Part shown: in pieces, positions 46,761-60,690 of the stretch
How the letters are laid out: every line of letters starts with the position of its first letter
How positions within the stretch are numbered: position 1 is the first letter of the stretch
NCBI GenBank assembly: GCA_965287045.1
Contig: OZ336871.1
Coordinates: 126,604,001 to 126,668,000, forward strand
Length of the DNA stretch: 64,000 nt
Direction of reading: 5' to 3'
Source of the DNA: Carcharhinus amblyrhynchos
Lineage: Eukaryota
Notes under the pieces: model-generated
What the model was told of the DNA's origin: nothing
Seen by the model: the letters and a program-made list of their open reading frames with translations, nothing else
Database searches by the model: none
Program-made: the position numbers and the translations under genes

Positions 46761-47877
46761 ATCTAAAAGTTAAAGAAGCTAAGCTCTTTGAAGCACCGCT
46801 ATCCCTTGAAGAGAGGGGAAGTTCCATTTGAAATCAGAGGACAGAAAGGTGATAAATTAAGAGGAGCTGGGAAAAGAGGAATGGAATTAGACCTCCTGAG
46901 TGAAAGAGATAAAGTGACTGAACCTTTAATGAATTGGAAGGCATAAGATTTCTATTGTCCCATTTCAGGGTGTAGAGGAGATGAAATTTAGTAATTCATT
47001 GCCTGCAGAAGGAATGGAGGTTGTGAGTGTTTGAAGCATGTGAACTGAAAGGTATTTGTAAAAGTAAATCAGACACATCAGCAAAAAAGAGTGTACGAGG
47101 TGGATAAAATGTGGAGAGGATAAAAGTGAAGAATGACCACATGGGCACTGTACTAGCACTCATAGAACCATAATTTAGCAGAAATTACCCCTGCTTTCAG
47201 GAAGCAAATAAAAGAGACATTACAAGTTTTTGAGCATTTTAGTCAGGAATGACCTTTCTGAAAGTTACTTGAAGCAGCAAATCTCTTTAACAAGAGATGA
47301 AACTCTATTCCAATTGTGGTTGGGGAAGGGTTAACCCACTTTTCAAAAGATTATAGGATGACTCAATAACACTGCTTAAACCCAGTGCTGGGAACATTAT
47401 GCAGTTCTGCAGGCAATATTTGGTTTGATTGAACCGTATTACTTACTGATAACTGTACACTTCTATATGAGTTAGCTATCCTGAAGTCCACACTGAGAAG
47501 GCAATGGGTGATCATTTGAACTTTTCTTATTCAAGGCCTGGTGTCACTCATTGAGATGTATTGCACATTGGAAATGAATTGTGAGGTCACGTTGAAATTT
47601 TCCTTTGAAATGTGACCAGCTTTCAGGCAGTCATTTGTAATACTTAAAACCAGAGAGTGAATCCTGGCTTTGTGTCGCATACACTTATCTTTTAAAATTG
47701 CCCAAGACAAAGGGTGCAAAAGCTACAGCCACAGATTGCTGCACTAATAAACTATTAGGGAAATTCAGTAAGAAATAGTTGTATTAGGGTTTTGTGCCAA
47801 ATATGGAAACCCTGCCGGTTGCCGGTAATGGTCATTATCATATGATCATGTTATCCAGAATCCTCTTTCCTAAGCAA

Positions 47878-48137
47878 AGAAGTTTATTTATTAGTATCAC
47901 AAATAGGCTAACATCAACACTGCAATGAAGTTACTGTGAAAATCCACAAGTCGCCATACTCTGACACCTGTTTGGGTACACAGAAGGAGAATTTAGCATG
48001 GCCAATGCAACTAACCAGTATGTCTTTTGGACGGTGGGAGGAAACCAGACCCTGCAGAGACAGTGACCCAAGCTGGGAATTGAACCTGGGTCCCATACAC
48101 TGTGACGCAGCAGTTCTAACCACTGTGCCACTGTGCT
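47878..48137 (-). mobile_element. V-SINE, tail type B (internally deleted)
   Basis: Head and tail intact; part of the core is missing. Confidence 0.85.
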
Positions 48138-49861
48138 GGATATAGCTTAAAGTCAGAGCATGCAGACAGAGCGAAATTAAGAAGGTAAAGCGAGAGAAGG
48201 AAAGCCATTTAAGAAATGGATGAAAAACCATCTTCACAGATTGAGTGACTTCTTAGTTTATGTTTGCACTGGGAAAACTTCGTTATGCTTTTACTGCTTG
48301 AGGGAGAGCTGTACGAATCCTGAGATTTAAGATAACTAAGTTACTGTCTGTAGACAATATTGTAAACTGAATTGAAGGACTAGCCCAGTCATATTGTTAA
48401 TAAAAAGAAAAATTGTGCTTACATGGATAACAAGCAGGAGAATGCTTTTGATGTGCTGAAAGGGAGCTTGTGAACTGTAAGAGCACTTAAGCAGAGGATA
48501 TTGTCTTCTTGATTTCTTTTTTTAAGATGTGTGTTTATTCAGCTTTTTCTTGTTGGGGGAGGAGGAGATTTTTTTTCTCCATGAAAGAAGGCTGCCTGTT
48601 CTGAGAATTGAACAGCATTTTTACTTTTTATTGCATTCAGTTCTTGAGGTGTGGGAAAGCATACGTTCGGGGTCGATTCCTCAGCAGTGTAGGCAAGCCC
48701 CAACCTCAGAGGTACAGCACCCCCTACTGTACCAGTGCAACATTTCCATCTCCCACATCAGCACGGATATGGGCCTTTGTGAAGGGGGGTGGATGATTTA
48801 GTGGAGAGAAGTTCTGAATTCTCAGCAGTTTCATTATATAGAATTTCACTCAACGGGGGAGCTGGGCTAAGTTGATTGAAGTCGTTCCATTCAGCACTTT
48901 TTGTCGCTGGCAGGGAGAGGGCACCTTCATCCCCTCATTTTCACTTGCATTTAATCTCAAGTCACAGAGGTGAAAGCAAAAGATTACCCTCATGCTTGTC
49001 ACACCTCTGCAGCATCTATCTTCCAATATTCCTGGCTGCTGGGAATAGCATTAGTGCTGCACCCAAACAGACCAAATGAGTGAAGATGGCTGGCTCTGCA
49101 GTTTAATGCCTCTCTGTCTCTCTGCAGATAATGTTATTTCCTGCTTTGAGAGCTGAAATGGAAAGCTGCTAACCTACTGTCCTATGCAAGTCCCAATTAT
49201 TCATATGTTACATTAAGATTAATGGGTGAAGTGGTCTGAATGATTATTATAACATAATCGCGCTGACTGTCAGAACAACGTTCAGTGTCTTTGATTACGA
49301 GCATCCCACCCACTGCTTGATCACCCAACAGGTAAAACACTATTGTCCCTAACCAAAACAGAACTTCAGCCTGACCCATTATTTCCAGATGGAAGACGGT
49401 TTGATTCAGAAACAAGTATCATAGCTAACTGAGACTGCAATCAACTGACGTATGCTAACATGGTTATTGAAAGTTCAACACTGTGATTTAATAATTGCAG
49501 GATTACCAGAGTACAAGCTGCAGTGGATGTTTGCAACATGACACCTTGTAAACGGCAGATTTTACTTATTACACTAACAATGTTGCATTTATGATGTTGA
49601 TTTTCCAAGATTTCAGTCAATCTACATGCCAAAGTGGAAAATTGCCCAGCCATAATAAAAGAGGACAAATCCAATTGTGCCATTACTATGCATCAGTCCA
49701 TTCCCAATCATCATGGGGAGGTGTCATGGATAGTGCTATCAAATGTTGTGGGGGAAAGGCAGGAGAATGGGGATGAGAAAAATATCAGCCATGATTGAAT
49801 GGTGGAACAGACTCAATGGGCCGAGTGAACTAATTCTGCTCCTATGTCTTATGGTCTTAAG

Positions 49862-50570
49862 GTCCCAGCAAAGGTGATCTCCACTCAGAGCAAGGTTAAC
49901 CATTTAAATTCAACAGCATTACCATCACTGAATCAGCCATAAATATCCTGATAGTCACCACTGAGACATAAGTAGACCAGTCATATAAATCACCTGACTA
50001 CAAGAGGAGGGTCAGACACTGAGTATTCTGTAGTTAAGATTTCCGCACTGACTCCCCTCAAGCTTTCCATCATCTATAAGTTATGTGATAGAATATTGTC
50101 CACTTGTCTGGATGAATACATCTCCAACAACACATCTATATCATCCAGGACAAAGTAACCCTCATGATAGCCAATCTATCCACCACCTAAAGTATTCACT
50201 CTCTCCACCACTGGCACACAGTGGCAGCAGTACGTGCCAGCTACAAGATGCACTGCAGACTCCTTCAACAGAACCTACCAAAACCACAACATCTGCCATT
50301 AGAAGTACATGGAAATACTGCCACCCGCAAATTTCCGTTCAAATCACACACCATCCTGACTTGGAACTACATCATCATGCTCTCATTGTCACTGGGTCAA
50401 AATCTTGGAATTCCCTTCCTAACAGCACACTGCTGGAATTACCTATACCAAACAGAGTCCAGCAAATCAAGAAGACAGCTCAACATCCCTTGCTCGGGGT
50501 AACCAGGGATGGACAATAAACACAAGCCTAACCAACAATGCCCACAGCCCATGAACAAATTAAAAAAATG
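49862..50570 (+). mobile_element. LINE family X 3' portion
   Basis: IEYCPLVWMNTSPTT, YKMHC, KFPFKSHTILTWNY, VTGSKSWNSLPNST; tail gggatggacaataaa..cccac..atgaacaaattaaaaaaa. Confidence 0.8.
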
Positions 50571-51344
50571 ACCACTGAAGTTTTATCATGAATGAAATTA
50601 GCCCAGTTTTGCATTAATAGGGGCTGAAGTAGGATTTTAATATGTGCAAAGAAAGTAGGTGAATGTTCAGAGAGACTAGTACAGGAGTGTGCGGCAATAG
50701 AATGATCTCAGGAAGAAAGAGACAGAGAGAGAGAAATGGATTATTTTACTCATTATGACATTATCAGGACTCATACAGGAAGAAACCCTGCCCCAAAGAA
50801 CGATCTATCCCTCCTGGTTCTGTTAATGAGCTGGACTAGTGGTCAATCATCTTCGCATCCTTAGAATAACATCCTCACTAAGGTATTTGAACAGCCAATT
50901 TACTTGGTTTGATTTGGTTACAATATTTCATCATTGGTTATTTCACTCTGGAATAAGACAACCCCTCACAGCAAACATTGCCTCATTGACACCCCCCCGC
51001 CTACCCCCAACGCCATGGCAATCACTAACTGGTCAACTATCGACCAGCAAAAGCAAGTTGGAACTCTCATTAGGAAGACAGCAGATACCATGAATTCTTT
51101 GCTAATACGTAGACAGCTCATGACAGGGCAGAAAGGAAAATGTGGACTCAGCAACATATAATGAAGATAGTATATTGACAGAGCAGCCTGTGTTGATTCT
51201 AATACCTAAAGTAAGCAGGCTACAGGAATGGGGTGGACAGGTGGAATTTAAAGTGTGCAAAATAAAAAAGAATAAATGCTTCAATTATCAAAACCTGACG
51301 AATTTCAGGGACAACAGTGAGAAGGTGGCTTACTGTGTCCTCAG

Positions 51345-52045
51345 CTGGCTGCGTCCTCAGCCTCCTACTATACCCCTTATACACCAATGATCGTGTGGCT
51401 AAACTCCCCATCAACTTAATTTTCAAGTTTGCCAATGACACTACAATTGTGGGTCGGATCTCAGACAATGACAAGACAGAGTACAGGAAAGAGAGAGAAT
51501 CTGGTGAACTGGTGTGAAAGCTATAATCTTTCCCTCAATGTCAACAAAACGGAGGAGATAGTCGTCGACTTCAGTGAGCATAGTGAAGAACATGCCCCTG
51601 TCTATATCAATGGAGACGAAATAGAAATGGTCAACAGCTTCAAGTTTTTAGGTGTCCAGATCACCAACAACCTGTCCTGATTTTCCGCCCCCCCCCATTC
51701 CAACACTATATTAACAAAGCCCAGTATGCCTCTACTTCCTCAGAAGACAAAAGATATTTTGTGTGTCTGCTACGACTCTCACCATCTTTTACAGATGTAC
51801 CATAGAAAGCTTTCTTTCTCACTGTATCACAGCATGGTATGGCTCTTGCTCTGTCCAAGTCCATAAAAAAACTATAAGGGGTAATGAATGAAGCCCAGTC
51901 CATTACACAAACCAGCCTCCCACCCAATCACTCTGTCTACACTTCCTGCAACCTTGGAAAAGCAACCAGCAGGATCTCATCTACCCCAGACATACTCTCT
52001 TCCATCTTCTTCCGTCAGGAAAAGGCTACAAAAGTCTGAGATCAT
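51345..52045 (+). mobile_element. Rex1/Babar-type LINE RT fragment
   Basis: GCVLSLLLYPLYTNDRVA..IFKFANDTTIVG, WC..YNLSLNVNKTEEIVVDF, VNSFKFLGVQITNNLS. Confidence 0.9.
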
Positions 52046-52314
52046 GTGTGGGAAATGCACTCAAAAATATAGATTGTTACTCAGAAATTCAATAAGGAAT
52101 TATAAGAACACACACCACAGCCAGTTAAGCATCTGATTGGCACCTAATGGGGTTCTGAATGTCTTTCCTGCAAGCAGGAGAAACCCCTCCTACCCACGTT
52201 AAATTCTATGTTTTTTTTTCCTACTGGCCAGCTTATTTTGAACTTCTGTTATCATTTCATTCTTAATATTTGCCCTAATTATATTTTCCCTCAATCATTT
52301 AAGTGCATATCCTC

Positions 52315-52565
52315 ACAGAATCTACAGTGCAGAAGGAGGCAATTTGACCCATTGAACCTGCATCAACAACAATCCCACCAGGTCCTCTCTTATTCCCATA
52401 ATCCCACATCTTTTTCCTCCAAATTCCCCTGACATTTATTGACAATTTATCATGGCCAATCAACAGAACCTGCACGCCTTTGGACTATGGAGTTGCCCAA
52501 GACCGGAATTGAACCTGGGTCCTTGGTTCTGTGAGGCAGCAGTGCTAACCACGGTGCCACCCTGT
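52315..52565 (-). mobile_element. V-SINE (HE1-like), internally deleted
   Basis: CR1-type tail and head present. Confidence 0.82.
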
Positions 52566-52974
52566 CCTCTTGCCTTACTATCCTTAAGTACATTATTGAA
52601 AGCTTTAAATGTCTCATTGAATACCCTCAAACCTCCCAAATCAGTCTATATAACTTATCACCTTTGTATGGGAGCATTTTTGTTGCTTTTCGCTGCATCC
52701 TCTCCAAATGATGTATAGCCTTTCTGTACTACAGTAACGAGGGCTAACTCCAAGTGTGGTCTGACCACTCCAACATTAAACATCAGTATAGTCTCTGTTC
52801 CCCTGTCTCTGTATCTCAGAATATTAATCACCTTCTTTGTAACCCATTCACCATGTTACCTAATGAGACAAGTCTACTATAACATGGAATTCTCCATATA
52901 ATAGTTTTATTCTTTCACTAAAGTGCAATAGTTTGTAGTTTGCAATGTTAAGCTTAATTTATTTATTTCCTTTA

Positions 52975-53590
52975 ATTCATTAGTAGGATGCGAACATTGC
53001 TAACAAGCCCAGAATTCATTTTCCATCCCTACTTGTCCTTTAGAAGGTGACAGTATATATTATGATGAAAGTAGTCCTCCAATGTGGTGAAGTCAGGAGC
53101 TGTAGGATTTTGACCTAGCAATAACAAAGGAATGGTAATATGTTTCCAAATCAGGAAGGTGAATAACTTGGAGAGGAACTCACAGGTAATGGTGTTCCCA
53201 TGTGTCCTTGTACTTTTAGGTAGTAAAGGTCAGGGCTTCGGGAGGTGTTCTTGAAGAAGCCTTGATGCAATGCATCTTAATGGTGATGCAGAAGCCATTG
53301 TGAACCAATGGCAAAGTGAATGTTTAAGGTTGTGGATGGAGTATCAACCAAGTGGACTGCTTTAACCGGGATGATGCAAAGTGTTGTGAGCATTGTAAGA
53401 GTTACATTCATCCGGGCAAAGTGGAGAGTATTCCATCAGATTCTTGACTTGCACCTATTAGATGGTGGTTTGGCTGTGGAAAGTCAAGAGTTGAGTTGCC
53501 TGTTTGTCAATGGTGACCCCCAGATGTTGATGGCAAGGGGTTCTGTAATAGTAATGTCATTGATTGTCATGGGGTCTTGGTTAGGCTCCA
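52975..53590 (-). mobile_element. LINE family X fragment, older
   Basis: Degenerate reverse-complement match to 49862-50570. Confidence 0.65.
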
Positions 53591-54379
53591 TCCCTCATTC
53601 TTCCCAGTTGTACAACATACTTAAATCCTTCTGCCATTCTTTAAGTGCATCTTCTATCTCTACTTGTCTTTATTTTAGTGTCATCCGCAGCTCTGACAAG
53701 CTTACAGCTGGCTTTGACACCTATGTTATTTATGTCAATTAGAAGCAACAGGAATTTGAGGCATTGACCTCTGCAGGAGTCCATTTACACCACCTCTCTC
53801 AACTACATCCCCTAACTCACACCCAGAGTGAACAATTTCTGCGTCAATCACCTAAGCAACAGTGCCTATTATGAAATTCTGATTGGATCTGGCACACACT
53901 GAATCCACGGCAAAATACGGACTGGATAGATCTGAAAACAGAAACTTAGAAAGGATTGGAAATACTGTTTGTTCCACAGGTGCTTGAGCTAATGTTGAAT
54001 AATCCTGTTGACTGGGCCTCACAAGAGATGTCATGGTAACTGTTTCCACTGCGTGTGATTATGCATGGTATTACCAGTTATTCCACACACGTGTTATAGG
54101 TGCAGCCATCCTGTGTCTTTTCCAACAGAAATATGAAACTTGTTACTTTCATTTTAACTGTGAATTTGCACCATGCTGACAGTTAAACAAGAAGGACAAT
54201 GTTTCCACACACAATATATGAACAGCGATTGATCCATGTATTACTGTCTTCTCCATATTACCATTTTTGAACCTTTGTGCAAACATCATCATGACCCCGT
54301 CTCTTCCCCAGTGAAAGTGGCAAATTCCAACTGTGACTCTTTAAGAAATGTAGATTTTTTTTTTAAATAGGAAAGATTT

Positions 54380-54890
54380 CCTTGCTATAATGGGAGTACA
54401 ATGAAGGTTTTCCAGGCTGATTCCGGAGGTGGCAGGTCTATCGTATGAGGATGGGATAAATAGGTTAGGATATATTCATTGGAGTTCAGAAAGAGTGACA
54501 AGGGATCTCAAGAAACTTACAAAACTTTAACAGGTTTAGACAGGATAGATTCAGAAAGAAATATTCCCAATGTTGAGATATCCAGAACTAGGGGTCATAG
54601 ACTGAGGATAAGGGGTAAACCTTGTAGAGCTGGGATGAGGGGAAAATTCTTCACTCAGAGGGTGGTGAATGTGCGGAATTCACTACCACAGAAAGTAATT
54701 GAGGCCAAAACGTTATGTGACGTCAAGAAGTTACCTTTAGCCCCAAGAGCTAAATCTATCAAGGGATATGGGGGAAAGGGGGATCAGGATATTGAATTCA
54801 ATGATCAGCCATGACCAAGATGAATGGCGGAACAGGTTTGAGGGCCTGAATGGCCTATTCCTGTTTCTAGTGTCTAGGTTTCTATGAAGT
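54380..54890 (+). mobile_element. CR1 3' fragment
   Basis: ETYKTLTGLDRIDSE..SRTRGHRLRIRGKP..FFTQRVVNV.NSLP, plus 3'UTR. Confidence 0.88.
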
Positions 54891-55609
54891 CATGTTCTCA
54901 GGAGTTTGTAAGCAGTTTGTTTTTATTGTGGCACCAGCTGCCTGCTTAGATATGTTTTATCAATGCTTAAATGGTTGCAATGGAGTTTTGTTTATTTTCT
55001 CCCTCTCTCTCTCACCCTGGTATTGTAAGTACTGCTGGTTAGCTGGAAGTTGGTCTTCATGTCTTCCTGGGATGGCAGTTCTGCTGCTGATAGTTTGTTA
55101 GCTGGTAACTAGAGGCTGGAAGTTAAAAGACTGAGAAGTCAGAGTTTCAATTTTCCAACCAAAGGACTAAGTTCCAGCATCACATGAACATTCTTAATTT
55201 CTGTGTTAAACCTATGACAGGTATATGTTTATAAGGAGGTTTGTTGTATTGGAACAGCATTTAGCTGTTAAGGTTTATACAATATCATAGTTTGTATTTG
55301 TTAAAAGTGATTGCTAATTTTCCTTCCAAATGTTAATTGTATTCTTAAATAAAGTTTTTATTTGATAAAATCTCCCTATTGGGTCATTTGAATCCTACCT
55401 AAAGTGAAACATATCATGCTTAATCTAGCCAAATTCAAAGTGCAAAACTTATGATCCATGTGGACTTCATAAATTACCTTGGAGTTTCTGATCTGGGTTA
55501 TTACACAATCCCAAACTCACCTACCCTCCAGCAGTTATGCCCTCCCCTGAAAGAGACAAAATACAATTTGGAATAAAGCAAATTCCTCTCAGAACTCACA
55601 AACTCTGAC

Positions 55610-55985
55610 ATTTGTTTATTTGTGGAATGTGGGCATCATTGGCTGGGCCAACATTTCCTGTCCATCCTTAATTGCTCTTGAACTGGCTGGCTTGTTAGGC
55701 CACTTCAGAGGGCATTTAAGAGTCAACCACATTTACTGTGGGTCTAAAGTCACACGTAGGCCAAACTGAGTAAGAATGGCAGATTTCCTTCCCTAAAAGG
55801 ACAGGAGTGAACCAGATAGGTTTTTAACAACAATTGACAATGGTTTTGTTGGTTACCATTAGACTTTAAATTCTAGGTTTCTTTTATTAACTTCAAATCT
55901 ATTGTGGCAGGATTTGAACCCAGTGGATTACCCTTGGTCTCTGTATTGATTGCCCAGTGACACCTCCACACCAAGGCCTCCACAC
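55610..55985 (-). mobile_element. tRNA-derived SINE family 2
   Basis: Same family as 9170-9545. Confidence 0.85.
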
Positions 55986-56359
55986 AGGGAGGCACAACTG
56001 CCTATGCTATACTCCGTCTACATATAATTATGTTCTTCATCCTTAGTAACCTATCCAGCTTCCTCTTCAGTGTTTGTAGTAAATCTACACAGGATGCACA
56101 GCATGTTCCGGACGTTTCTGGTTCTCTGAAAAGAGGACTTCCATGTGTTGAATGATATTTAATGGTTAGCCATGGACTTTCAATGACTCATGCACTATAA
56201 GGCCCAAGTCTACCTCTCTCAGTAGCAGTGAGCATGCAATCGTCGACAGAGTGTGACATTGCCTGGAGTTAGCACTAGCCAAGTGCACAGTGCTACAATT
56301 GTCTACACTAAAAGACATCTGCCGGATATGTGTCCCTGCGTCAGTCACATCTACGTCTG

Positions 56360-56770
56360 TGTAGTTCAGACGAATGAGGGGGCAATCTCATAGAAACTTA
56401 TAAGATTCTAACAGGACTAGACAGGGCAGATGCAAGGAGGATGTTCCCAATGTGAGGTGTGCCCAGAACCAGGATTCACAGTCTGAGAATTCAGGGTAGA
56501 CCATGTAGGACGGAGATGAGGAGACATTTCTTTATCCAAAGAGTGATAAGCCTGTGGAATTCATTATCATAGGGAGTAATTGATGCCAAAACATTGAATG
56601 CATTCAAGAGGCAGCTGGATGTCACACTTGGGGCAAATGGGATCAAAGATTTATGGGGGAAAAGCACGATTAGGCTATTGAGTTGGACAGTCAGCCATGA
56701 TCATGATGAATGACGGAGAAGCTTGAGGGCCAAATAGCCTCCTCCTGCTTCTATCGAAGTTTCTATGTCT
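56360..56770 (+). mobile_element. CR1 3' fragment
   Basis: RRMRG.LIETYKILTGLDRADARRMFP; CR1 3'UTR. Confidence 0.85.
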
Positions 56771-56924
56771 ACAATCTGTTTTTAATCATCAACCCATAAT
56801 TATTTTAGCTTCATTCGCAGGCTTGGGAACAGTTCTCCTACTTAAGATCTTCAATAAAGCTAAAAACCAACAGCCCCACACTCCTCCACATAAAGAGACA
56901 AGAGGACAATTGACCAAAATCTCT

Positions 56925-57916
56925 AGCTATTTACCATTTATATAGATGATCTGGAGGAGGGAACCGAGTGTAGGGTGTCGAAATTTGCTGATGACACCAA
57001 AATTGGTGGAAAGGCAAATTGTGCGGAGGGTGGGAAGAGTCTACAGAAGGATCTAGATAGGCTGGGCGAATGGGCCAGGAAATGGCAAATGGAATTTAAT
57101 GTTGGCAAGTGCGAGGTGGTCCACTTTGGTAGGAATAATGGTAGGAAGGATTATTACTTACGTGGAGAAAAACTGCAGCAGGCGACGGTGCAGAGGGACC
57201 TCGGGGTCCTTGTGCATGAGTCGCAAAAACCCAGCTTGCAGGTGCAGCAGGTGGTCAGGAAGGCGAATGGGATGCTGGCCTTCATCGCGAGGGGGATTGA
57301 ATATAAAAGTAGGGAGGTCTTGCTGCGGCTGTATAGGGCATTGGTGAGGCCGCAGCTGAAGTACTGTGTGCAGTTTTGGGCGCCGTACTTACGCAAGGAT
57401 ATTTTAGCCTTGGAGGGAGTGCAGAGGAGGTTTACTAGGCTGATGCCGGAGTTGAGGGGGTTGAGCTATGAGGAGAGGCTGAATAGATTAGGCTTGTACT
57501 CGTTAGAGTTTAGAAGAATGAGGGGAGATCTCATTGAGACGTATAAGATGATGAATGGGATGGATAGGATAGAGGTGGAGAGACTCTTCCCGCTCAGAAA
57601 GGACAGTAGGACTAGGGGGCACAGCCTCAAGATAAAGGGGGGGGTGGTTTAGAACAAAGTTGAGGAGGAACTTCTTCACTCAAAGGGTGGTGAATCTCTG
57701 GAATTCTCTGCCCGTTGAAGTGGTGGAGGCTGCCTCGCTAAATATTTTTAAGACGCGGGTTGATGGGTTTTTGATGAGAGAGGGGATTAAGGGTTATGGG
57801 GAGAGGGCGGGAATGTGGAACATGAGCCACGGCAGATCAGCCATGATCTTATTGAATGGCGGGGCGGGCTCGAAGGGCTAGTTGGCCTACTCCTGCTCCT
57901 ATTTCTTATGTTCTTA
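56925..57916 (+). mobile_element. Young CR1 LINE, 5'-truncated within the RT domain
   Basis: LFTIYIDDLEEGTECRVSKFADDTKIGG (catalytic xADD); open for ~240 codons up to the G-run frameshift; TTCTTATG tail; very similar to 1-813. Confidence 0.96.
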
Positions 57917-57984
57917 AACACTAAAATCATAAAACAGTCACAGCACAGAAAAAGGCAATTTGGCTCCTTGTCTCTGCAAGTTTT

Positions 57985-58265
57985 AAGTTGCAAAATAAAG
58001 GGGGAAAAGGAGGTAGAAACATGATGATGTTTCAGGGAGAGTTCTAGAGATTTTGGTCTACACACCTGAAGGTGTGGTCACCAACGATGGGATGACTTAA
58101 ATCAAGGATGCTCAAGAAGCCAGGATTGGAGGAATGCGAAGATCTCGGAGGGTCATGGCACAAGAGGATTGAAACAGAGGGGCCGCGGTAGGGAAGGAAT
58201 ATAATGCAAATTTTAAAATTGAGATATTGCCAAGATGTAGATCACAGAGCACATGGATATTTGAT
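57985..58265 (-). mobile_element. L2-type LINE fragment
   Basis: ggaggtaga..agggagag..ctgaagg..accaacgatgg..ggatgctcaagaagccaggattggaggaatgcg resembles an L2 3' region on the minus strand. Confidence 0.55.
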
Positions 58266-58274
58266 CAAAGGAAC

Positions 58275-58625
58275 ATCATGGAATCCCTACAATGCAGAAG
58301 GAGGCCATTCAGCCCATTGGGTCTGCACTGGTCACAATCCCACACAGGCCTTATCCACATAAACCCATCTATTTACCCTAGCTAGTTCCCCTGACACTAA
58401 GGGACAATTTAGCATGGCCAATCCATCTAACTCACACATCTTTGGACTGTGGGAGGAAACCTGATTATCCAAAGGAAACTCACGCAGACATGGGGAGAAT
58501 GTGCAAACTCCACTCAGACAGTGACCCAAGCCAAGGATCGAACCTGGGTTCCTGGTGCTATGAGGCAGAAGTGCTAACCACTATGCCACCATTAAAACTC
58601 CACACAGACAGTCACCCAAGGCTGG
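58275..58625 (-). mobile_element. V-SINE (HE1-like, CR1-type tail)
   Basis: Full length, followed by a short second copy of aaactccacacagacagtcacccaag. Confidence 0.9.
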
Positions 58626-58829
58626 ACGTGTGTGAGTTAAATACAAGCAGCAGAGTCCTGGATCGATTCAAGTTTCTAGATAGTGGAATATGATTAACAC
58701 TAGATTATTAAAATTGTATCCAAAAAAATTCTATTTTCAACTTACAAATATTACATTTTGAGCAAGGACACTGTAACGGCAGAGATGGCGTGACATTGGA
58801 CAGCAGGATGGGAAATCATTGAACATTGT

Positions 58830-58943
58830 GGCTGGAAATCTACGAAATCGGAATTGATGCAGGTGAGGATCTGACAGCAGAAATCTCTGACCTCAGGCGG
58901 GAATTCCTGGTCTTGCCCAAACGAGGCTGTAAAATCCCGCCCT
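58830..58943. mobile_element. Short MITE, TIR end GTAAAATCCCGCCC
   Basis: Related copies at 34485-34600 and 62750-62845 (cctcagg.gg.a.tt..gagg..gtaaaa.ccc). Confidence 0.6.
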
Positions 58944-59029
58944 ATGTATTTTCTTGATATGGAGTAATAGAAAGCAGCTATAAGATGGGTAACAAAACCA
59001 AATGTTAGTGTCTGTTCTCAACACAAAAA

Positions 59030-59405
59030 AATGAGAGGTGACCTAATTAAGGCATCTAGGATTCTCAGGAGGCTTGATAGCATGGATGCTGAGATGTTGT
59101 TTGCTGTTATGTGAGAGTCTTGGACCAGAGGGTGTAATCTCAGAGTAAGGAGTCACCTATTTAAGACAGAGATGAAGGGGAATTTCTTCTCTGAGTATAG
59201 TGAACCTGTAGAATTCTTTACTGCAGAAGCTGGGCCATTAAGTATGTTCAAGGTTGAGATCGAGAGATTTTTAAATAAGTAAGGAAATCAAGGGTTACAG
59301 GTATAAAACGGCAAAGTGAAGTTGAGGATTATAATTTATCGCTTACTAGCGGAGTAGACTCGATGGGCCAAATGGCCTACTTCTGCTCCTACATCTTATG
59401 GTCAA
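59030..59405 (+). mobile_element. CR1 3' fragment
   Basis: MRGDLIK.., aatttcttctct.., and 3'UTR gggccaaatggcctacttctgctcct. Confidence 0.82.
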
Positions 59406-60014
59406 AAAATCCAGGAAATCAATGCTTAGGTGCAGGGGCTGGGAGTGGAAGAGGAACACAGGGCGGTGGAGAGAGTGAGGTCAAGCTCAGAATTTCCTAT
59501 GATGAGTAAAATAATGTGACGGTTTCATCGATGGATAATCTGCTGCCATTGTCGAGGTGTACCACTACCCAAATTGTGCCAAGCACTTCCACATCTTCAT
59601 GCTGCTGTCTTCCCATCTTTTCACCTGCACTACACTGCCGCCGCAAGACACTGTTCCTGCTGTAGTAAGGAGAAGTAGCAAAGGAAAATGTTTTCTGAAG
59701 TGTGAATAACACGCTACCAAATGCAAAGAAACAACAAAGCTGTGGTCACGTTAAGGTTGTAATTCAATGTCAGGACTCTTTTAACAGGCACCAAACAACT
59801 GAACACCAACCTCTACACTTATACTTAACACATTAGAACTGTTTTCAATTACTAAGTCACCGCCAAGCATTTCTTAATCTATATTCAATTCAGTAACATT
59901 CTGGGTTTCTTGCATTGTTGGAGATGCAATAATGCAAAATACAATGTGAACATAGTCATAAAACAGCAAGAGAGCCCGGTGAATTGATATCATGGGACAG
60001 CAGTTCAATCAGGT

Positions 60015-60350
60015 TCATAGAAATATAGAATACAGTGCAGAAGGAGGCCTTTCAGCCCATCGAGTCTGCACTGACAACAATTCCACCCAAGCCCTATCCC
60101 CATAATCCCACATATTTAACCTGCTAATCCCTCTAACCTACCCATTCCAGGACACGAAGGGGCAACTTAGCATGGCCAATCCAGCTAATCTGCACATCTT
60201 TGGATAGTAGGAGGAAACCGGAGCACCTGGAGGAAACCCCCAGAGACACAAGGAGAATGTGCAAACTCCACACAGACATGACCCAAGCCAGGAATCGAAC
60301 CTAGGTCCCTGAAGCTGTGAGGCAGCAGTACTAACCACTGTGCTATCCCA
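60015..60350 (-). mobile_element. V-SINE (HE1-like, CR1-type tail)
   Basis: Full length on the minus strand. Confidence 0.9.
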
Positions 60351-60359
60351 CAAGCAGAG

Positions 60360-60690
60360 ATTTTTTTATTCATTCCTGAGGCATGGGGCAGCATTTATTG
60401 CCCATCCTTAGTTGCCCAAAGGCAGTGGAGAGTCAACCACACTACTGTGGCTCTGGAGTCATGTGTAGGCCAGACCAGTTAAGGACAGCAGATTTCTTTC
60501 CCTAAAGGATGTCACTGAAGCAGATGGACTTTTCCAACAAATGACAATGGGTTCATCATCAGTAGATTCTTAATTCCAGATATTCTTTATTGAGTTCAAA
60601 TTTCACCACCTGCTGGGTGGGATTTGAACCCAGGTCCCCAGAACAGTAGCTGAGTTTCTGGACTAGTCTGGCACTAATACCACCCCTGAG
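60360..60690 (-). mobile_element. tRNA-derived SINE family 2
   Basis: Same family as 11285-11630. Confidence 0.85.

Noticed and set aside
50800-51150. Possible RTE-type LINE remnant (QV..FKYL on the minus strand)
   Set aside because: A single short motif is not enough support.
59497-59712. Short ORFs in a unique block
   Set aside because: The frames I translated gave no recognisable protein or coherent splice sites.
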